Positions 9,536 to 18,112 of a stretch of 64,000 nt of DNA are shown here, piece after piece; the stretch's first letter is position 1; the number at the start of each line of letters is the position of its first letter. The position numbers and the translations under genes are program-made. This DNA comes from an uncultured bacterium (lineage in GTDB: Bacteria > Verrucomicrobiota > Verrucomicrobiia > CAIQCK01), in assembly GCA_903870275.1 (NCBI GenBank), contig CAIQCK010000103.1, forward strand, positions 3,819 to 67,818, read 5' to 3'. The notes under the pieces are model-generated. The model was not told where the DNA came from. It searched no databases and worked only from the letters and a program-made list of their open reading frames with translations.

Positions 9536-10059
9536 CCCGCCATGAATTGGACCGGCACGCGGGCGCAGACCCTCCGGCCGGGAGCCGGCGGCGGCAACCC
9601 GGAGGCCGGCCCGAGCCATCCGCGGATGGTTGCGGGCACCGGCCTCGTGCCGCCATCCAAGACCCGGCCCGGCCCCACAAGCCGGATGGTGACGGGCCAG
9701 ACGCCGCCGGCATGGACCACGGACGATCTGGCGGCCACGCCGCCTCTTGATGGCCCCAAGCGCCAGAACCGCCCCCAACGCGGACGGCTGCGGCTGGTGG
9801 CGGGACGATCATCCTCCCCATCCATCATCTGGGTCAATTTTTCAAAACGAACCCATATGATGGCCCCGGTCCAACCTGGAAAACATCGTTTTCCCGAAGA
9901 AAACCCGGGGTTCGATGCCCGAGGGCCGGGGAATTCAAAAGGTGTTTTTACGAAACGAAGCCAAATGAAAGGAGGCTCATGTCAGGGAATGATACGGTTC
10001 GGAGTTGGCCTTGCCCGGTAGCGGCGGTAGCGGCAAAGCGTCTCCAACCCGCTCGCTCG

Positions 10060-10161
10060 GTCAAGGTTCGGTCAAAGCCAGTCAAAGTGAAAACGCCCAA
10101 AAATAATTTGGCCTAATCCGGGTTGATCCGGCTGCATCCGACCTGATCCGACTCAATCCAA
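10060..10161. repeat. phased direct-repeat array: GTCAA(A/G)G x3, then ATCC(G/A) x5 at exact 10-bp spacing
   Basis: GTCAAGG/GTCAAAG/GTCAAAG at about 10060, 10070, 10081. ATCCG at 10116, 10126, 10136, 10146 and ATCCA at 10157, i.e. one-helical-turn periodicity. About 150 bp upstream of the CDS starting at 10302. Confidence 0.45.
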
Positions 10162-10301
10162 CAGAAACCGACCCAGTGAAACCCATGAAACATTGCAAAC
10201 GCACGATGGCTGTGGCGGCGGAACAAAACCAAATCATGCCACCGAAGGGCAAACATTTCACCGAGACTTTCTGGCTGGTTGCCATTAGGATGGCGCCCGA
10301 C

Positions 10302-10817
10302 ATGAAACGGCTTCTCATTCTGCTCCTGTTCGCCGCTGCCGTGTCCGTGGGCGCGGTGGAGGTGGATGTCACGCTCAAGAACGGCAAGAAGGTGACGGGC
10401 GGCGTGCTGGTTGATAACGACCGCGAGATCATCATCCTCGTGCAGGCGTCCAACGGCGTTTACCGGCAGACGATCAAGAAAGCCGACGTTGCTGGGGTCA
10501 AAGAGCACGCCGCGCCGAAAGCCGGGCCGCCCGGCCCCGCGGACGTGGCACGGCTGCAAAAGAGCATCAAGGCCGCCGAGGAGGACGTGCGCCGGCGCGA
10601 GGCGGAGATCCCCATTGCCCAGAAGGCGCTGGATGATTTCTACGGCAGCCACCCCGACGCCAAGGCGGCAACGCTGGACAGGGAGCGGAAGTTGCGTGCG
10701 CGACTGGCGACGACTCGAACGCAAGTGGATATCGCCCGCTCCAAACTCAACGCACTCACCTTGGACCTCGGAGCGATGAGCCGCCAGTTGACCGAGCCGC
10801 CGCCGCAGGCGAAGTGA
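10302..10817 (+). CDS. hypothetical secreted protein with C-terminal coiled coil
   Basis: Start at ATG 10302 gives a signal peptide (MKRLLILLLFAAAVSVGA). Beta-rich N-domain then a charged helical region (ARLQKSIKAAEEDVRRREAEIPIAQKALDDF). Confidence 0.5.
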   Translation: MKRLLILLLFAAAVSVGAVEVDVTLKNGKKVTGGVLVDNDREIIILVQASNGVYRQTIKKADVAGVKEHAAPKAGPPGPADVARLQKSIKAAEEDVRRREAEIPIAQKALDDFYGSHPDAKAATLDRERKLRARLATTRTQVDIARSKLNALTLDLGAMSRQLTEPPPQAK

Positions 10818-10839
10818 GGAAGCGGTGAGGCGAACCCTC

Positions 10840-11583
10840 TCAACCCTGCCGCCCTGCGGGAACTGTTCCCTTCAGAAGAACGCTGGTTCCCAGCGGCAAA
10901 GGAAGCCCCTTGTCCACCTGCAACAACGCGCGAAGGACGGCACTGGTGAACGGGTGGGTTTTGCTGTCGCCCGAATCGGCAAGCGGGTAGGCACGGCGCA
11001 AAATTCTGCTGTAGAGCAGGCAAACCGGGATCAGGGTGAATCCAAAATACCGCACTCGATCAACCACGACGGCACGGCCGACCGTTTGGCGCAACGAGCG
11101 GATGGAGTAGCGCCGGTAGTGCCCGAGGGATTCATCGTGAAAACCGAACAGCCATTGGCCCGCCGGCACGGTGAGCATCAAGAGGCCGCCGGGGCGCGCG
11201 CACGCGATCAATTTCTCCACGGCTTTCACATCGTCCCGGATATGCTCGATCACGTCGGTGGCGATCACGCAATCGTAGGGCTGGCTGACCTGAAGGTCTT
11301 CGATGGAGCAAACCTTGAACGTGCAACGGGGAATCGCCAGTGCCCCCGCCGTCTGCCTTGCCAGCTCGATATACTCGCGCGAAGGATCAACGCCCATGAC
11401 ATCGTGACCGGCTTCGGCCAGCAGGAACGACAGATCCCCCGAACCGCATCCCGCGTTCAAAATCCTCAGCGGCTTCGGCTCTGCGCCCAGCCATTCCAGG
11501 AGGATGCGATACTTCGTGTGCGCATACAAATCCCGCGAGCGCGCCAGCAAGTCTTGATACTGATAAGCGTTAAAGCCGTTCAT
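10840..11583 (-). CDS. class I SAM-dependent methyltransferase
   Basis: Motif I LNAGCGSGDLS, post-I acidic residue (GHDVMGVD), motif II-III (DCVIATDVIEHI...ARPGGLLMLTVP). Confidence 0.8.
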   Translation of the reverse strand: MNGFNAYQYQDLLARSRDLYAHTKYRILLEWLGAEPKPLRILNAGCGSGDLSFLLAEAGHDVMGVDPSREYIELARQTAGALAIPRCTFKVCSIEDLQVSQPYDCVIATDVIEHIRDDVKAVEKLIACARPGGLLMLTVPAGQWLFGFHDESLGHYRRYSIRSLRQTVGRAVVVDRVRYFGFTLIPVCLLYSRILRRAYPLADSGDSKTHPFTSAVLRALLQVDKGLPLPLGTSVLLKGTVPAGRQG

Positions 11584-11622
11584 GGCTGAATTACCGGGCG
11601 ACCGGTTCTCGCGACGGTTGTC

Positions 11623-12369
11623 TCACCGATTATAGACTCCGCGGCGGCGATTATAGGCGATGGCGAGCACGTCGCAGAAGGTCCTCACGTTCCGCAAAAA
11701 ACCGGCCCGGGTCGTGCCGTAGTCATTGTTCCACGTGACCGGGATGTCATAAATCCGATACCCGTGAAGCCGGGCGATGGCCAGCAGTTCGACATCGAAC
11801 GCAAATCCGGCGACGGTTTGCCGGCTGAAGACCGTCGTGGCGGCCGCGCGCGAAAAACACTTGAACCCGCACTGGCTGTCCTTGATCCCCGGAAGGACCA
11901 GCCACTGGTAGAACCATCGGAACAAAGCAGCGCCGAACCGGCGGAAAAGCGGGATGTGTTGGACCAGCACGGTGGAGGCGTTGGTCCGGGATGCAATCAC
12001 CACGTCGGCGCCGTTGGCCATCAGCGGCAGCACCTTTTCCATCTCCAGCAATCGCGTCGCATTGTCGGCGTCCATGAACATGATGAGGTCGTGCCGGGCC
12101 AGACTAACGCCATGTTTCACCGAGGCGCCTTTGCCGGCCGGGCCGGGATTCCAATGCGCCTTCATGTTGGGATGCGCCTTCAACAACTCCGCCATCGGCT
12201 CCATGTCTTCGTGCGTCGTCGCTTCGCCGACGAGGAGGACTTCCCAGGGCGCGCTCCATCGCTTGAGATAATCCAATACGTCCTCCAGCGTCCGGGCCAG
12301 TTGAACTCCCTCGTGGAAGAACGGAATGATCACTGAGAGCGAGGGTCGTTGCGGCATGGCGGGTGGCAT
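11623..12369 (-). CDS. family 2 glycosyltransferase (polyprenol-phosphate sugar synthase-like, Dpm1/GtrB-type)
   Basis: LSVIIPFFHE ... EVLLVGEATTHEDMEP ... FMDADN (DxD) ... typical GT-A GT2 N-terminal layout; about 245 aa. Confidence 0.8.
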   Translation of the reverse strand: MPPAMPQRPSLSVIIPFFHEGVQLARTLEDVLDYLKRWSAPWEVLLVGEATTHEDMEPMAELLKAHPNMKAHWNPGPAGKGASVKHGVSLARHDLIMFMDADNATRLLEMEKVLPLMANGADVVIASRTNASTVLVQHIPLFRRFGAALFRWFYQWLVLPGIKDSQCGFKCFSRAAATTVFSRQTVAGFAFDVELLAIARLHGYRIYDIPVTWNNDYGTTRAGFLRNVRTFCDVLAIAYNRRRGVYNR

Positions 12370-12622
12370 GAACTAAAGCAAGCCTCTCAGGAACTCGATG
12401 TCTCCACGCTCGGCGTGTTTCATGGGTTATATGTTCGTCCATCCTGGAGTTGGCGCAAGAACATTTATCGCACCGCCCCCGACCCGACTCCGGCTGATTC
12501 GATTGCGCACACAAGCTCTCCCAAAAGCATCCGGGCAAATGAACCACCCGCGTCCTCTGCATCACCGCGCACCCATCGCCATGCGGCTCCGAAGCCGGCG
12601 TCCAGCCGGCGTCAGGGTCCGC

Positions 12623-12650
12623 TTGCAAAACTTTCCGCCGCGTGTAGAAT
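12623..12650 (+). promoter_or_regulatory. candidate sigma70-like promoter TTGCAA-16-TAGAAT upstream of MscS gene
   Basis: TTGCAA 12623-12628, TAGAAT 12645-12650. AAAGGAG RBS lies 7 nt before ATG 12691. Confidence 0.4.
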
Positions 12651-12690
12651 GCTCCCGTCTGCAAACGGCCAAACCGAAAAGGAGCGCAGC

Positions 12691-13527
12691 ATGAACAACA
12701 CTCTAATGACGTGGAAAGACACGCTTGTGGATTTCCTCATCCGCAAGGGGTTCGACATCCTTGGCGCAATTGTCATCCTCATCATCAGCGCGATCCTGGC
12801 GCGCTGGCTTGGCAAGCAGATCGAGAACTGGCTCGCGAAGCAAAAGATGGAGTTGCCCATTCGCACGCTCATCGTGCGCGTCGTCAAGATGCTGGTGTTC
12901 GTGCTGGCCGGCGTGCTGGTGCTCGAGAAACTGGGCGTGGCGATCGGGCCGATGATCGCGGGCATCGGCGTGGCCGGCGCGGGCATCGCGCTGGCGCTGC
13001 AAGGCGTGCTGAGCAACGTCACCGCCGGGTTGCAGCTCATTCTCACCAAACGTTTCCACGTCGGCGAATACATTGAAATCCTCGGCGAGCGCGGACAAGT
13101 CCACAACATCGAGTTATTCTCCATGGTACTGATCCGGCCGGACGGGTCGCGGGCCGTCATCCCCAACAGAAAGATCATCGGCGAGATTTTTCACAACTAC
13201 GGCACAACCCGGCAAGCCAGCCTCAGCGTCGGCGTGGCTTACGATTCGGACATCCCTCTGGTGTTCTCCACGATTCGCGAAGTGCTTGACGCCAACCCGC
13301 GCGTCATGAAAGACCCCGCGGCGGGCATCGGCATCGCCTCGCTGGGTGAGAGCGCCATCAACATCGGCATTTCGCCCTGGGTCACTTTGCAGGATTACGG
13401 AGCGGCCCAGGAGGAAATTTACAAGGTCCTCATCGAGAAGTTCCGAGAGAAGCGCATCGTAATCCCGTGCCCCCGACGCGACGTCCGATTGTTGAACACG
13501 CCGGCGGGCGGCGCGGCCGCGGCGTAA
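12691..13527 (+). CDS. small-conductance mechanosensitive channel (MscS family)
   Basis: Three N-terminal TM helices; conserved MscS TM3/beta-domain region (GVAIGPMIAGIGVAGAGIALALQGVLSNVTAGLQLILTKRFHVGEYIEI...VIPN). Start ATG 12691 with strong RBS; upstream part of track ORF rejected. Confidence 0.85.
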   Translation: MNNTLMTWKDTLVDFLIRKGFDILGAIVILIISAILARWLGKQIENWLAKQKMELPIRTLIVRVVKMLVFVLAGVLVLEKLGVAIGPMIAGIGVAGAGIALALQGVLSNVTAGLQLILTKRFHVGEYIEILGERGQVHNIELFSMVLIRPDGSRAVIPNRKIIGEIFHNYGTTRQASLSVGVAYDSDIPLVFSTIREVLDANPRVMKDPAAGIGIASLGESAINIGISPWVTLQDYGAAQEEIYKVLIEKFREKRIVIPCPRRDVRLLNTPAGGAAAA

Positions 13528-13575
13528 GCTGAAGCGGAATTCATCGTGCAAAAACTCACGGGCGGTTCCCGCGCG

Positions 13576-14769
13576 TCACTCGCTCTTCTCAATCGGCTCA
13601 AAAAGTCCGAGCACGCTGGTGAAGCCGTGCACGAAGACCTTGTCGCCGACGGGGCCGATCTCGCCGTTGCAGAAAAATCCCGCCAGCGGCAACGCGCCGA
13701 GTTTCTCGTGAATGAGGCTCACGTCGTGGTTCGGCAGGCCGAACAGATTTTCGCCGCGACCGAGGCAGGAAAACAGCAGCGCGCCCTGCGGCGGGCTTTT
13801 CGCAAGCGCGGTTTTCTGCCGCTCGATCAACTCGCGCAGGTCTTCGTTGGCGGTGGCGCCGTCGCGCAGCTGGAATTGGATCGTCTGCCCGGAATGAATC
13901 TCCCGGTCGCCAATGGCGATGGCGCCGTTGTTCGGGTCGAGACCGACGATGTTGCGGATGAGGAAATCGCCGCGATGGAACTCGGCCTGATACTCGTTGA
14001 TGACACGGCCGACAAACAGCGCCTGCTGCGCCAGTTGCCGGTCCTGTTCGGAGAGCGCCTTGAGCGTTTCCTGCAACGCCACCACGGGCGGCTGGTTGGC
14101 CAGTTCGACGATGACGTTGCGCTGCGCTTTGGTGATGATGAGGGGTTCGCCGATGGGCCGGCAACCCTGGCTGACAATCACGCGCAACCGCACCGGTCCC
14201 ATCAGTGCCACGCCGACCGCGCCGCTGTCGTAAACCTTTTCGCCAATCCAGACGCGGTTCTCGCCGGCCTGCCGCGCGCCGCTGGCCAGCCCGCCGATAA
14301 TCGGACGGCCCGGATACGCCGCGCCGAGTTCCTCCACCGCGCGCGTGGCGTCCATGCTGAAAGGGTCAGGCAAAAAGATGAATGACGCCTCGTCCTCCGG
14401 TCCGACGCCCAGTTCCGAATGCCAGAAGGCCGGGCCGTTGGATTCCTCCACCTGTTCCTGCGTGATGCGAAACGGTTCGACGGTCACGCCGGGCATCGAA
14501 ACCGCCCAGAGCGCGATGGCGACTGATCCCTCCACTTCGCGATCCGCGCCGATGATGCCGCCGCCGGTGCAGCCGACAAGCCGCCGCGCGCCAACCCGGA
14601 GGTGAACGTCCTCGATGAGGTCCGGCAGCACATCCACAAAACGCGGCGAAACGAACAGCAAGGCAAGGTCCACCTTGGCCGCGCCAAGCTGCGCGCGCAC
14701 TTGCTCGCACAACTCAACAGCCGCCTTGCCGGCGTCGCGTTCGACGGATATGGCCGCGGAGAACTTCAT
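13576..14769 (-). CDS. FIST domain signal-transduction protein (FIST_N + FIST_C)
   Basis: About 397 aa. Characteristic layout: DLALLFVS...CTGGGIIG (FIST N) and C-terminal ...LFSCLGRG...GFFCNGEIGP (FIST C). Start at internal ATG 14767-14769 (MKFSAAISV). Confidence 0.7.
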   Translation of the reverse strand: MKFSAAISVERDAGKAAVELCEQVRAQLGAAKVDLALLFVSPRFVDVLPDLIEDVHLRVGARRLVGCTGGGIIGADREVEGSVAIALWAVSMPGVTVEPFRITQEQVEESNGPAFWHSELGVGPEDEASFIFLPDPFSMDATRAVEELGAAYPGRPIIGGLASGARQAGENRVWIGEKVYDSGAVGVALMGPVRLRVIVSQGCRPIGEPLIITKAQRNVIVELANQPPVVALQETLKALSEQDRQLAQQALFVGRVINEYQAEFHRGDFLIRNIVGLDPNNGAIAIGDREIHSGQTIQFQLRDGATANEDLRELIERQKTALAKSPPQGALLFSCLGRGENLFGLPNHDVSLIHEKLGALPLAGFFCNGEIGPVGDKVFVHGFTSVLGLFEPIEKSE

Positions 14770-14811
14770 CCGCTGTAAAATGCGCGCCCCTTGCCCTTCG
14801 CGCAAGCTCTT

Positions 14812-16281
14812 TCAAGGAAACACGTCCTCGCCCGTTTTCCCCGGCATGACGAGCGCCCCATGCACGCAGTCCGGCCGCGCATACAACATGCAGCCTTTGT
14901 CGCTGTAAAGGCGCGACCATTTTAGCTCGTTCACAATCTCCTGCTCTCGCGGCCAGCCGCGCGGCACGAGCGCGAAGTCCGTGGGGTAATCGGACAGCAG
15001 CCGCCGCCAGCCCGCTCGGCCCATCGAGAAGTCCAGCGAACAACGCACCGCGTCGCGCGTGAACACCGTCACATGGCGGCCGTCGGCGGACATGCGGCAT
15101 TGGCCGTGCAGCTTCCACACGACAAACTCGCCCCACGGAAACCAGATGGCGAGATTGCCGCGAAGGCCATTGGCCTTCATGAACTCGACGCCGCCGACCG
15201 GATAATAGATGCCACCGGCGTGGGGACTGCCCGGCACGCGCAGATGCCACGGCGCGCTGCGAAGCCACAAACCAAAAACGAGCGCCGCGATAACCAGCGC
15301 GCCAACGGGCACGATGCGCTGCGCCGCCGCCGTCTCCGCTCGCGGCCAGCGCTGGCGCAGGCGGGCCGCCCACCGTTCCATCACCGGCGGCAACAAAGCG
15401 ACGGCGCCAATGGCCAGCAACGGTATCTGCCGGTTCTGGCGTGTGCCCATGACGGCGAACAGCGCGAGCACCATCCACCGCCGCACATCACGCTCGCGGG
15501 CCGCCAGCAAAACGGCGAACGCCAGAAAGACGAGGATTTGAAACTCCGGATAGTTGTTGGTAAACCAGGCAACCGACTGCCACTCGGTGATGTCCTTGTT
15601 GGGGTCGCGGAGCGTTTCCCAAACCATCGCCCAGTAGTTCGCGTGATAAGGATTGACCAGCGTCGCCGCGGCGCAGGTGGCCGTGATGAGAGCGAGCCGT
15701 TTCGCCGTCGCCAGTTCGCGCCACGATCCAACCGTCCACATGCCCATCAGCACGAGTCCGATCAGCACCCCGGCATGCAGGTTGACCCACAACACGAAGA
15801 AGGCGGGCATCCACCACCACGCGCGCCCACAGCGGAGCCACGCCAGCAGCATCGCCACGAACAGAAAGGAAAACATCGTCTGCCGAAACGGCATCGCACC
15901 GACAGCCAATGAAGGAATGGCGCACGCGACAACCAGAAGCGTCACCAATGCCGACGCGCCCTCGCGCCGCGCCGCGCGATACGCCACCACGAACGTGCCG
16001 ATCATCAGCGCCAGCGTCAGCCCGCGCGCCGCCGCGCCGCCGCCCCAGACGAACAGCGGATAGGTCAGCGCGTTGCTCAGCCAATGGTGGCACACCCACG
16101 ATCCCGTCGGCAGGTAGGAGTCCGCGTCCACGCGGGGCGCGCCGCCGGTGTCCCACACGAGTTTGCCTTCCGAGAGATAACCCCAGAGATCATAGGTGGC
16201 GATGTAACCGCTGAGATAGACCAGCGCAATGCTCCAGACCAGCGCGTGGGCGGCAATGACGAGCAGGCGTTCGCGATTCAT
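14812..16281 (-). CDS. polytopic membrane protein (GT-C-like putative glycosyltransferase; hypothetical)
   Basis: About 490 aa from ATG 16279-16281 (MNRERLLVIAAHALVWSIALVYL). About 10 predicted TM helices then a soluble C-terminal domain. Upstream 110 codons of track ORF lack coding character. Confidence 0.5.
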   Translation of the reverse strand: MNRERLLVIAAHALVWSIALVYLSGYIATYDLWGYLSEGKLVWDTGGAPRVDADSYLPTGSWVCHHWLSNALTYPLFVWGGGAAARGLTLALMIGTFVVAYRAARREGASALVTLLVVACAIPSLAVGAMPFRQTMFSFLFVAMLLAWLRCGRAWWWMPAFFVLWVNLHAGVLIGLVLMGMWTVGSWRELATAKRLALITATCAAATLVNPYHANYWAMVWETLRDPNKDITEWQSVAWFTNNYPEFQILVFLAFAVLLAARERDVRRWMVLALFAVMGTRQNRQIPLLAIGAVALLPPVMERWAARLRQRWPRAETAAAQRIVPVGALVIAALVFGLWLRSAPWHLRVPGSPHAGGIYYPVGGVEFMKANGLRGNLAIWFPWGEFVVWKLHGQCRMSADGRHVTVFTRDAVRCSLDFSMGRAGWRRLLSDYPTDFALVPRGWPREQEIVNELKWSRLYSDKGCMLYARPDCVHGALVMPGKTGEDVFP

Positions 16282-16503
16282 GGGCGCGTGAGGACAATCG
16301 CGGCTTTCACTCATTGGCACAGCACGGCGGCGGGCGAAACGCCCAACGTCGCCTCGAAGATGTTGAAAACCAAGACGGCGAGCTTGACGTGCATCGTGCA
16401 AAGGATAGCCGCCCGCCGCATGCTTCGTCAACGTTACGTCGGACACCGTCGTCCGCAAAGAAAAACGCCTTGACAGAAAAATGCGGGGGTCGAGGATGAA
16501 CAC

Positions 16504-18084
16504 GTGAACGGCATGGCACGATTGCAGCGGCGGGACTGGGGCATTGCTGCATTGATCTTCCTGGCGAGCGCCGCGATACGCATCCCGTTTCGCAGTGAAC
16601 TGGCTTATCATTGGGATTGCATCGAGTTCTCACTGGGGATCAGCGACTACAACATGCTTCTCAACCAGCCGCATCCGCCCGGTTATTTTCTTTTTGTGAT
16701 GCTGGGCCGGCTGGTGAATCTGTGGCTGGGCGACCCGCACGCGAGCCTGGTGTGGGTCAGTCTTGTCGCGGGCGCGGCCGTGGCGGGCGGCGGTTATCTG
16801 CTGGGCACGTCGCTTTTCGGCCGGGCTTGCGGCGCAGCCACCGCCGTGATTCTGGCCACCGGCCCGACGTGCTGGTTCCACGGCGAGGTGGCCATGGCCA
16901 CGATGCTGGATTCCGCGCTGACACTGGCGACGGTGCTCGTGTGCCTGTGGGCCATCCACCGGGGCGGCGCGTGGTGGCAGGTGGCGCTCATGTCCCTGTC
17001 GCTGGCGCTGGTGGCATCCAACCGGGGCCACGTGGCCATCACCCTGGTGCCGTTCTGGCTTTACACGTTTTACCGGCTGCAACCACCCCGCGGGCTGAAG
17101 TTGCTGGCGGGGTTGCTGATGACCGCCGTCTTCTGTCTGGCATGGCTGGCGGCGTTGGCACACCTCTGCGGCGGCTTTGACGTTTACCTCGGCTGTTCCA
17201 TCCGCATGTGGCGGCGGCTGGGCGAGTATATGCCCTGGGGCTCGGGCATGTTCCAGGTGGTCGCCAGCGCGATGCAAATGGCGGCCTGTTGCTGGACGGG
17301 CTTGCTGCTGGCGGCCGTCATTGCGATCATCGAATTGGTGCGGTGGGCGATGTTTCAATCGCGTGAAAACAAAATCCGGTTCTTCGCGCAGCACCGCGAA
17401 TCATTGCTGCTATTGGCTTTTTGGCTGGGGCCGCAGGTGGCGTGCGGTTTGTTTGTGTTCTTCACGACCTCGCCCGGCCACGTGCTGAGTTACTTCCCGG
17501 TGCTGGCCGTGCTGGCTGGACTGGCGTTGTGCCGGGCCGCCGGCGGTCTCGGTGGAGAACGCCCTGCCGGCGGACTGAAATGGCCGGTTTTGTTTGCCGT
17601 GCTGGGCGCCGTCGCGCTGGTCAACGCGGGCGTCTTTATCTTCCAACCCAGAGGGTCGTTCGCGCTGCCGCTCACCTCGGCGCAACGCCGGCAGGACGAG
17701 CAACAACTCAAATCCTATTTCAAAACAATCCGCTCCGGTTATCCGCCGGAGACAACGTGGATTTGTCATTATGGCGAGTTTTTGTACTGTGGTTTTCAGC
17801 ACTTCGCGTATTACATGCCGGAGTATCACAACGTGTTGCTGGAGCGCGACCGGGCCTTGCCCAAACCCTACTCGGAAGAATTCTGGGTGAGCCACCAAAG
17901 ACACCTGACGTTTATCGAGCGTCTGGAGTGTCCGCCGGGCGTGACGCGTCTGTTGCTGGTGGTGCCGCCGCCCTGGTCGCTCGATTCCCTGTTCGCGCGG
18001 TTTTTTGACCTCGCCAAAGCGCGCCCGGTGCCGGGAACAGCGGGCATGTTGTTCGAGCTGCCCGTCGAGATCGCCCGCCCATGA
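16504..18084 (+). CDS. GT-C fold membrane glycosyltransferase (PMT/ArnT-like; family uncertain)
   Basis: 526 aa, more than 10 TM helices. First periplasmic loop has acidic motif HWDCIEF and PPGYF reminiscent of the PMT/ArnT-type DE loop. C-terminal soluble domain. Confidence 0.55.
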   Translation: MNGMARLQRRDWGIAALIFLASAAIRIPFRSELAYHWDCIEFSLGISDYNMLLNQPHPPGYFLFVMLGRLVNLWLGDPHASLVWVSLVAGAAVAGGGYLLGTSLFGRACGAATAVILATGPTCWFHGEVAMATMLDSALTLATVLVCLWAIHRGGAWWQVALMSLSLALVASNRGHVAITLVPFWLYTFYRLQPPRGLKLLAGLLMTAVFCLAWLAALAHLCGGFDVYLGCSIRMWRRLGEYMPWGSGMFQVVASAMQMAACCWTGLLLAAVIAIIELVRWAMFQSRENKIRFFAQHRESLLLLAFWLGPQVACGLFVFFTTSPGHVLSYFPVLAVLAGLALCRAAGGLGGERPAGGLKWPVLFAVLGAVALVNAGVFIFQPRGSFALPLTSAQRRQDEQQLKSYFKTIRSGYPPETTWICHYGEFLYCGFQHFAYYMPEYHNVLLERDRALPKPYSEEFWVSHQRHLTFIERLECPPGVTRLLLVVPPPWSLDSLFARFFDLAKARPVPGTAGMLFELPVEIARP

Positions 18085-18085
18085 A

Positions 18086-18107
18086 GCCGGCCAGGCAACC
18101 GGCCGGC
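18086..18107. terminator. GC-rich hairpin between convergent genes (GCCGGCC-N8-GGCCGGC)
   Basis: Perfect 7-bp G/C stem located between the stop of 16504..18084 (+) and the stop of 18113..19675 (-). Confidence 0.4.
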
Positions 18108-18112
18108 ACGAA

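Noticed and set aside
9904-9931. tRNA-like T-arm motif (CCGGG-GTTCGATG-CCCGA...GGGCCGGGG)
   Set aside because: Only a T-loop-like consensus. No D-arm, anticodon arm or acceptor pairing could be built, so it is not a tRNA gene; at most a remnant.
9542-10021. 159-aa ORF immediately downstream of the promoter-like element
   Set aside because: Pro/Gly/Arg-rich low-complexity translation with no hydrophobic core pattern. Equally long low-complexity ORFs exist on the opposite strand (9336-9837). Treated as non-coding (possible ncRNA region instead).
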